A stretch of 63,925 nt of DNA, the filler included, from Octopus bimaculoides (Eukaryota): NCBI RefSeq assembly GCF_001194135.2. It is 6 parts of 6 records of this genome, joined end to end, with 100 filler letters (N's around TTAATTAATTAA, not from the genome) between each part and the next. Parts side by side here need not be neighbours in the genome. Positions count along the whole stretch, not along the records: positions 34,513 to 58,344 come from NC_069003.1; positions 58,445 to 62,104 come from NW_026308981.1; positions 62,205 to 63,925 come from NW_026359896.1; 3 more parts are not named here. One strand, given 5' to 3'. A program made the position numbers and the translations under genes. Shown here one piece after another: positions 54,736 through 63,925 of this stretch (its first letter is position 1; each line of letters opens with the position of its first letter). The notes under the pieces were generated by a model. That model did no database searches, was not told the DNA's origin, and saw only the letters and a program-made list of their open reading frames with translations.

Positions 54736-54850
54736 TCCATACCAAGCTTCTTGCAGGCTTTAATGCCAAATTCCTCACTCATTGGACTGTAACAGACTGG
54801 GTAAAACTGTTCATTGACTCGGATGCTTAACATATCTTCTTGAATGGATA
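54736..54850 (-). CDS. Exon c: SRCR domain, N-terminal part (not in ORF track)
   Basis: SIQEDMLSIRVNEQFYPVCYSPMSEEFGIKACKKLGM matches the VC...AC..LG pattern of TMPRSS-type SRCR; phase 1-2, gtaag donor. Confidence 0.85.
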
Positions 54851-55827
54851 CTTCAGAAGAGAGAGAGAAAAAAAGAGACACATTTAAGCTTTTTTGTTTG
54901 TTTTTTTATACATGTCCAATACACTATAATTATTATGAAATAACTGCCACGATGTTAAAGCAAATGATATTAGATATAATAAGCTCAAATTTCAAACAGA
55001 GATGAGAGAGAGAGGTGGGGGTGCTTTTAAAATCTGAAACCTTGAAATATTAAAAGGTAACAGCTATGCTATAATTTCTAGTAGGAGAAAAGTCCAAGAC
55101 GTCTTCTCGACTGCTTGTAAATTAGGCAAGGGAAATAACTCTGTTTGTTCCACCTGTTTAGACCACGAAGACACACAATTAATGCTTTCAACTTGGAATG
55201 TCTTTATAAGAATTACTTATAAACCAGTGGCCCCATAAAGAGTATACGCTTCGAATTTTTATTTAAAAATCTCTGCTTCCTGGATGTAAGTAACCAATTG
55301 TAGAAAAGGGTACCGAATCACTAAGGTCGATAGTAAATTGCTACGGTAATCAACTCCAGAGCCTTTCATGAAAGCCTTTGCATAGTTCTTCACACTGCTA
55401 GAAATAGAAGTCAAATCTCCAGCAACTCATTCCACTCTAACTTGCTAAAGTGAAGAAATAACAAATTAAATGATGTAGTCCTACATATAGTATTTCTGAA
55501 TAAAAGAAAAAGACAGGTGAACATAGCAAGAATGCTTTTGACCACAAGTGTTGTTGATCATGGCTAGCCTAGGGCTAAATATTACAATACCCACTTCCTG
55601 TAAAGTCTCATACATTAAATGTATCTAGTGTTTGTAGTGCGATCAGTAATAGGACTGACAGGGAGTTGGGAAGAATATGAGAGATAATTCCAAAAAGAAG
55701 GTTTTGTAAGAGGTTTTCCCAGTAATTAAACCAAACTGCCACTAGGAGGATAAAGGGCAAAACTGAAATATTGACGAATGGAGAAAGGGAGAAAGAAAGT
55801 GAGAAAGAAAAAGGTAGTTCCACTTAC

Positions 55828-55938
55828 CACACGACTGTTCATCAGAACCATCAGGACACTGAATCATGCCATCACATCGCAGGCCACTATTTATACAGGA
55901 GAAGTCATCACATACAAATTGGTCAGATTTGCACTTCA
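55828..55938 (-). CDS. Exon b: LDLa repeat 2
   Basis: KCKSDQFVCDDFSCINSGLRCDGMIQCPDGSDEQSC; ttttcag acceptor, gtaag donor, phase 1-1, 111 nt. Confidence 0.93.
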
Positions 55939-56067
55939 CTGAAAAGCAACAACAATAAGAAACAATAAGTATAATAGTTAAATAAATAAAAGAAACAAAG
56001 CAAAAACACTGCCCTGACAAATAACCAGTTTTTGAGGACTATTCAGTATTTGCATTTTCGGAATTTA

Positions 56068-56107
<40 letters not shown>

Positions 56108-57695
56108 AGAAAAAAGAAAAGAGTGTTTTTATAAGATGAAATTTACCTAGCGATGTAAGTATTTTAGCAATTACTTCCAAGAACTCTACCAACATTAAGG
56201 TGTGAATGCAGATTAACATGATGTAGAAAGCAAGAGTTATCATTGTTACTGATAACATCAATGGATCAAAGCAGGAAAGTATTTATGAAGGTGAATTTGT
56301 GATCAGCTTTGAAGATCTTAATCACTTCTCTGAGATTGTTAATATCTTTGCAAAAAGTAAGAAGTTTAGAAATTCTTCCTTTCACCTCTTCCCTAAAATC
56401 TTGATTTGTATTTGTAAAAGAAGTCATTAAGATAATCAACATTTTCTTCAAAACTGGAAATGGGTTTCAAAATGTAGTGTGGGGAGAGAAGCTAAGGGCC
56501 ATCAGGTTGAGATTAGGGTTAGATTCCATATGACCCTTTCCCCATAAACTGAAAAGCAGGGAAGTGTCATCTCCCTGCAGACCTGCCATTTCCTTTACTG
56601 ATTTCCTTCAAAAAGATCAAGAATTTTTATTTCTAATTAGTATTTTTGGTTATTTTCCTTTCATCTCCAAGAAGTTTACATGAACCCAGATTTGATCTAA
56701 CTCTGCCACACCTTGTTATCAAAGGGTCAGGTGGCCTTATGGCTTGGGAATAAAATTTGGTAGCTGGAAGCTATGAGGAAGCTTGTCATGTGTGTGTGTG
56801 TGTGTGTGCGTGTGTGTGTGTACATGCATGTAGCATTGGCATATATATGTGTGTGTGTGCATGTGTAAATACACACACATTCACACACACATAGAGGAAT
56901 ATGCTTGAAGAAGCAGAAATGGAAGACAGAGAAGATGAAAAGAAGAAACAGAAGTAATTGATATTGGAAGGTCGATGGTAACAAGAGAAATGATAGAGAA
57001 AATAGAGAATAGAAGGGTAAAGATGTCTGATGTGAGAAAATAGTGATAGGGGAGAGAAACTAGGAAAGAAACTGAAAGACGATGAAAGAATTGAATAAGT
57101 AAATAAGAGGTATGAGAGAAGGAAAGGGCAGAAAGTTGATGAGAGATGGCAAAAAGAAAAGAAAAAAAAGAAAATAGAGGATGACAAGAGATGGGGAAAT
57201 ACAGAAGAGAGAAGATGACATGTAACAAGTGATGATAAAAGACAAATAAGAGCAGGTGAAAAAAGATACAGGTATTAAAAAGAAAAAAAAAACACAGAAG
57301 ACTACATCCATTTGATGATAGATTATGAACAGATGACACATAAATAGAATATGGCAGAAAGTACCTTTTGCCAGAGTATGAGAGATAAGGGTCAGACAAA
57401 TATCAACAGAGGAGTATCCCTGCCTTCCTGAGTTAGTTTCCCCACCACATTACTTAAAAATTGTGGCAGAGGCCTTGGTCTCAGGACCACTCAAGTCTAG
57501 AAACTGAGGTTGGGGGTAAAGCAAAGACAGGCTCCCCATAGAAAATCCAGCTCCCAAAAAGCCTCATGATAGCAAAGGAGAATGGGCATCAACCAGCCTA
57601 AAGTTTGGGGTAGGCAGCACCTGCCTACCTTGGTTGCTATGGCATTGAGGTAAATCCGATCATCCCCCATTAACGGGGGACGAAACCCGGATTTA

Positions 57696-57983
<288 letters not shown>

Positions 57984-58205
57984 TCAGCAATGATTGTTCC
58001 CCCTTCTATCAGTATTACCTCTATCCTGACCACACTTATTTCTACTCATTTCCCGTATGTCCTTCCCCACTGGTCTCTGTCACTGTTATTACTACTGATT
58101 GCACTGGCCACCATTAACATTCATCTTGACTACAATCACCACCACCTCCACCATTACTCAGTAATTCCACACTCTGTCATTACCACTGCTCAACATTATT
58201 ACTGC

Positions 58206-58244
<39 letters not shown>

Positions 58245-58247
58245 TGC

Positions 58248-58283
<36 letters not shown>

Positions 58284-58286
58284 TGC

Positions 58287-58322
<36 letters not shown>

Positions 58323-58574
58323 TGCTATTATTATTATTATTATTNNNNNNNNNNNNNNNNNNNNNNNNNNNNNNNNNNNNNNNNNNNNTTAATTAATTAA
58401 NNNNNNNNNNNNNNNNNNNNNNNNNNNNNNNNNNNNNNNNNNNNGAGATCATCCGAAGGTGCTAGATAGCAGTAGCTTGAGACATAACAGTGACAATGAG
58501 GATTCACAGCTCACACAACCACTGTGTAGTATTGCAATATAACAGCAGTGACAAGGTTTCTAACAGCATCAAAA

Positions 58575-59159
58575 ATGGAAGAGTTACTGAAAGCAGTAGT
58601 GAAACAAGAGCAGCAGCAACTACAGAAGTTAACAGGATTTTTACTGCAGGCGAGAAATAGTACAGAATCATTTTCAGCAGATGGTGTTGCAAATTCCATC
58701 AAAGAATTTCACTACAATCCAGATGAAGGAACTACTTTTGCTGCATATTACAGACGATATGAAGATATATTCCAAGAGGAATGCAAGGGATGGTCTAGTG
58801 AAAGGAAGGTAAGACTCCTTTTGCGAAAGCTTGCTACTCCGGAACACAAAAGTTTTTGTAACTTTATTTTGCCAAGAAAGCCCGTGGAATTGTGTTTGGA
58901 GGAAACGATAATTATTTTGACGAATATTTTTAGCGAGAAAAGTTCACAGTTTAACATTCGATGGGAATGTTTAAACTTAAAGAAAAACGAGTCCGATGAT
59001 TTTGTGACATATGCTGGTATGGTTAACAAGGCTTGCGAAAGGTTCAGGTTGGAAGAATTAACGCCAGATATGTTCAAGTGCATAATATTCGTTAAAGGGC
59101 TAGTGGCAACGGAAGATGTGGAAATTAGGAAAAGAATATTATCAAAGTTAAACGGATGA
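58575..59159 (+). mobile_element. Ty3/gypsy (K02A2.6/Mag-like) gag region
   Basis: MEELLK...IKEFHYNPDEGTTFAAYYRRYEDIF...KVRLLLRKL...FNIRWECLNLKK..DDFVTYAGMVN..CERF. Confidence 0.8.
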
Positions 59160-61004
59160 AAACCAGACCCTTCTAGGATTGACGCAATAAAAAAAAATGC
59201 CTGCTCCCACTAACAAAACAACACTACAAGCATTTTTAGGGTTGGTAAGTTATTACCAACCTAAAATGTATGAGCTAAGAGCTCCGTTGAACAAATTACT
59301 AAAGAAGGACTCGAAATGGAGCTGGACAAACGAATGTCAGAAATCTAAAAAACTAAAATCTAAAACTAAAAAAGCGGTTAACTTCAGAGTTATCACTAAC
59401 TCATTTCAACCCAAAATTGAAAATAATTGTGGCATCGGACGCCAGTGAATATTGCATAGGAGCAGTGATATTGCATAAATTTAATGATGGTAAAATCAAA
59501 GCTATTGCACATGCATCGAGAGTTCTGTTACCAGCGGAAAGAAACTACAGCCAGATTGAAAAAGAGGCATTATCATTAATCTTCGCAGTTAAAAAATTCC
59601 ATAAATTCTTACTGCTAACGGACCACTGACCATTATTGTCTATTTTCGGTTCGAAAAAGGGTATCCCCACGCACTCAGCAAACCGCTTACAGTGCTGGGG
59701 AACTACACTGTTGAACTACGATTTTCAGATGAAGTTTTTGGCATCAATAAAAATGGGACACGCAGACGGGTTGTCTAGGTTGATTCCAAAATATGAGGAA
59801 CCTTTTGAAGACACGGTGATTGCATCATTAAAACTAGAAAAGGAACTGAAGAACATTTTGTGCAATGTAGAAATTAAATCGAAATCTGAAAATGATAGGT
59901 TTATAAATAAGATTAAAAATATGTTGTATAACACAAAAAACATAAAGGAGCAGGACGTAGGCTCAAGTATGCGATGAGGTATTATTATACACGCAAAGAG
60001 TGGTAATACCTGAAATACTGCAAAACAGAGTATTAAAAGATTTTCATGTTGGACATCCGGGGATTGTCCGGATGAAGAGCCTTATGAGAAGTTACGTTTA
60101 TTGGCCAAATATGGACAAGCAAATTGAGAGACTGGTACAACAGTGTAGGGGATGCGAGATGGCAGCAAGGGCGCCCCCAAGTGCAGATACAGCCTTGGCC
60201 AAAAACAGATTCGGCATGGTCTAGACTACATGTGGATTTCGCAGGACCATTAAATGGCTCCTATTATATCATTATGGTGGATAGCTATTCTAAACAGCCT
60301 GAAATGTGTAAATGTTCAAGGCCAACCACAAGTGTGACGATTGACTTCTTGGAAGAACTGTTCGCTCAGTATGGAGTGCCAGATACGATCGTGTCAAATA
60401 ATGGGACACAATTCACAGCGAATGAGTTCAAAAGATTCTGTAAGTCGGTTCAGATGAAGCATGTGTTAACTCCGCCATACCACCCAAGGTCAAATGGTTT
60501 AGCGGAAAGATTCGCTGACACATTCAAGAGAGCTTTAAGGAAGACCAGACGGGAATAACACCGAATCCAAATGCAGAGTCGAATAGGTCACCCGCAGATT
60601 TCATGTTTTCCAGAAAAATTTGTTCTATTTTTGACAAATGTCTGCCGAGCAGGAAACAGAAAATAGAAAATTCGGGAAGAAAAACGAAATTTTTTAACAC
60701 AGGTGACAAAGTGTATTTTAGAGTATATAGTAACGGACAAGGAAGTATAATGGGACGTCTGGGTAATGTGATGTACACAGTAAAAGGACCGAAATATGAA
60801 CACAGAAGGCATTTAAACCAATTAAAAACTAGATATACCAAAAACCAAGAGAGGCAAGAGGAACAAATGGATATATGGTACGATTTGTTCGAGGTCCCAG
60901 AACCACAAGCGAAAGTGAGACCGACACGCAGGTCGAGTAGGAAGAGAAAACCTACAGAAATGATTGAAATAAATGCTAAGAGAAAAAGATATGGCAGTTT
61001 CTAA
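59160..61004 (+). mobile_element. Ty3/gypsy pol remnant: RT tail/connection, RNase H, integrase; frameshifted
   Basis: KPDPSRIDAIKKMPAP..LQAFLGLVSYY; ASDASEYCIGAV..AHASR..ERNYSQIEKEAL; HVGHPGIVRMKSLMRSYVYWP; HVDFAGP..VSNNGTQF..HPRSNGLAERF. Confidence 0.93.
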
Positions 61005-61544
61005 CCGAGGAAATAAAATTGATAAATTCGGCCTTTTTTNNNNNNNNNNNNNNNNNNNNNNNNNNNNNNNNNNNNNNNNNNNNNNNNNNNNNNNNNNNNN
61101 NNNNNNNNNNNNNNNNNNNNNNNNNNNNNNNNNNNNNNNNNNNNNNNNNNNNNNATTCCATTTGGAAAACAAATTAAATCAAATCTGGTTTCCCAGTTCC
61201 GAAATGCTGTTAATAAGAATTTTCCAAGACATTCTTACTATTTCCCAGTCATAAACACGCACAGGGTTAGATTTGGATTCTCAAACACTAAAAACATCTC
61301 GCAAATAATATTCGCACACAATATGAGACTATTAAATTCACAAGAGAGTACCGATAGCAATAACATTAATTCAGACAATACAAACCATTACCATCATAAC
61401 AATAATACTAATAATAACCCAAGGAACAATAATTATAATATGAAATATAATAATAATAATTACAACAACAACATCATTATTTCGGAAGTTAATAGCAAAA
61501 GAATTAGTTTTTTAAGTGATAATGCCAAACTCAAAAACACTATA

Positions 61545-61898
61545 TATCAATGCCAGGTCAGAACTCCTACAAATGTGTCTTTTTACATTAGATCATCCTC
61601 TTCGCCAATATCCACTAGAATTTCTAACCATTATTCTTCCTTTAGAGATAAAAATAAACGCAATACCACAAGCATTAGCAAATTAATTTGGGAACTTAAA
61701 GACAACAACATAAAATTTAAATTAGACTGGCTAATTCTATCCACACCTATACCATATGATAAAGGAAAGAAATTCTGCCCATTATGCAATACGGAACTGT
61801 TCATTTTATTCTCGAAGAATAAACTGGTGAATACGTTCATCGAAAACTCATACAGATGTAAACATTGGCAGCAACACGTATTTTCTTCCTTCAGGTAA
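61545..61898 (+). mobile_element. Penelope-like GIY-YIG endonuclease remnant
   Basis: NTIYQCQV..FYIRSSS..TRISNHYSSF..TSISKLIWELK..WLILSTPIPY..KFCPLCNTE..CKH; same subfamily as 30397-30876. Confidence 0.8.
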
Positions 61899-62204
61899 AA
61901 AAATATTAATTTATATAACGTTGACAACTCACCTTTTAACCTATTAGTTCCTCAAATAATTCAAGAGATACATGTTAATTATACCTTTATATGTAAAAAG
62001 GTATGGTAGACTTATCTCGCTTGATATATGTTATCTAAACACTTAATTTTTGAGCCCAAATTAGAACACCAATAACATCTATAAACATATACTCAAACAT
62101 TACTNNNNNNNNNNNNNNNNNNNNNNNNNNNNNNNNNNNNNNNNNNNNTTAATTAATTAANNNNNNNNNNNNNNNNNNNNNNNNNNNNNNNNNNNNNNNN
62201 NNNN

Positions 62205-63925
62205 GTACGTACGTATGTAAGTACGTATGTACGTACGTATGTAAGAACGTACGTATGTACGTACGTACGCATGCACGTACCTCTCTACGTATGTGTGTAC
62301 GTGCATCAGTACGTACGTACTTTTTTGTGTGCGTACGTCTGTACGTACATACGTACGTTTGTACGTACATCTGTACAAATGTACGTACGTGTGTACGTAT
62401 GTACGTACGTACTCTCAACGTATGTACGTACGTACGTGTGTACGTACGTCTTTACGAACGAACGCCTCTACGTACGTATGTACGTACGTATGTGCGTAAG
62501 CATGTCTGTACGTGCGGGTGTACGTACTACGTACGTACGTATGTCTGCACGTAATTGTGTACGTACGTATGTACGTGCTACGTACGTCTGTATGTACGTA
62601 CGTAAGAACGTATGTACGTACGTCTGTGCGTACGTAATAGTGTACGTCTGTACGTAATTACGTACATTCGTCTCTAGGTACGAAAGTACGTGTGTTCGTA
62701 CGTCTGTAGGTAAGTACATACGTGTGTAAGTACGTCTGTACGTTTGTACGTACGTCTTTACGTATGTACGTACGTACGTTTGTACGTACATATGTTCCTA
62801 CGTATCAACGTACGTACGTGTATGCATACGTATGTACGTGTGTACGTACGTATATGTGTACGTACATTTGTACCTACGTATATGTGTACGTACATTTGTA
62901 CGTACGTACGTATGTATGTACGTTCGTCTGTACGTATGTACATACGTATGTACGTACGTGTGTACGTACGTCTGTACGCACATATGTACGTACATGTGTA
63001 CGGATGTGTGTACGTACGTCTGTACGTACATTTCTACGGACGTGTGTATGTACGTACATATGTACGTACGAATGTAAGTACGTCTGCATGTACGTATGTG
63101 TGTACGAACATCTGCACGTACGTATGTACGTGTGCACGTACGCCTGTACGTACGTATGTACGTACGTACGTGTCTACGTACGAATGTACGAACGTTTGTA
63201 CGTTCGTATGTACGTATGTATGTACGTACGCATGTACGAACGTATGTACGTACGTATGTGTGTACGTATGTCTGTACGTACGAATGTTCGTATGTATGTA
63301 CGTTTGTATGTACTATGTACTTACATGTGTACGTAAGTCTGTCCGTACGTAAGTCTGTACGTACGTATATAGGTATGTACGTTCCTATTTGTGTACGTAT
63401 GTATATACGTACGTACGTGTGTGCGTACCTATATATGTACGTAAGTATGTACGAATGTATGTACGTATGTATGTACGTATGTACGTACGTACGTAGTCTT
63501 TCCTTACGTATGTACGTACCCATGTCTGTACGTACGTGTGTACGTACATTTGTACGTACGTACGCATGTTTGTAAGTACGTCTGTACGTATGAATTTAGG
63601 TAGGTCTGTACGTACATTTGTACGTACGTACTTATGCACGTACGTATGTACGTACGTACCTACATATGTACGTACATATGTACGTACGCATGTACGTACG
63701 TATCTACGAACGTATGTACGTACGTGTGTACGTTGGTACGTATGTACATACATATGTACGTAGATCTGTACGTACGTATGTATCTACGTCCGTAAGTACG
63801 TACGTGTGTACGTACCTATGTACGTACGAACGGAAGTCTGTACGGACGTGTGTACGTACATATGTACGAACGTCTGTACGTCCGTCTGTAGTACGTATGT
63901 ACCTGCCTCTGTACGTAGTCTGTAC
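62205..63925. repeat. Cryptic (TACG/TATG/TGTA)n satellite
   Basis: Directly visible degenerate tetranucleotide array running to the window end. Confidence 0.9.

Noticed and set aside
55080-56460. Coding-like intronic patches (55080-55430, 56130-56460) as extra exons of the protease gene
   Set aside because: In-frame stops, no compatible splice sites, and the exon chain is already complete without them.
61004-61040. Polypurine tract and 3' LTR of the gypsy element
   Set aside because: No clear PPT and no match to 58445-58544 before the gap.

Overview
AT-rich, microsatellite-dense animal genomic DNA. The SINE families and repeat landscape look cephalopod (Octopus-like); this is an inference. 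The window is not one locus: five identical 100-bp spacers (44 N + TTAATTAATTAA + 44 N) join six separate segments. The only clear host gene is on the minus strand of segment 34513-58344. I traced 19 splice-compatible exons (57868 down to 37132, about 1,020 codons, 5' part missing) encoding LDLa-LDLa-SRCR-S1 serine protease-MAM-LDLa-MAM-LDLa-LDLa-MAM. The protease domain is internal, its His/Asp/Ser triad is intact, its S1 pocket is non-trypsin (Ala189/Val216/Gly226), its activation site is Leu|IVGG, and one intron is GC-AG. The rest is repeat-derived: three Penelope-like GIY-YIG remnants (one followed by a hammerhead ribozyme remnant lacking only its CUG), a second hammerhead-like motif family, an internally deleted Ty3/gypsy element, a 91-bp mini-Helitron, a Tigger-like MITE, LINE fragments, many tRNA-derived SINEs (CpG-decayed inside the gene, CpG-intact outside) and two CpG-rich (TACG)n-type cryptic satellites. 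Exon coordinates were derived by hand; no database searches were run.
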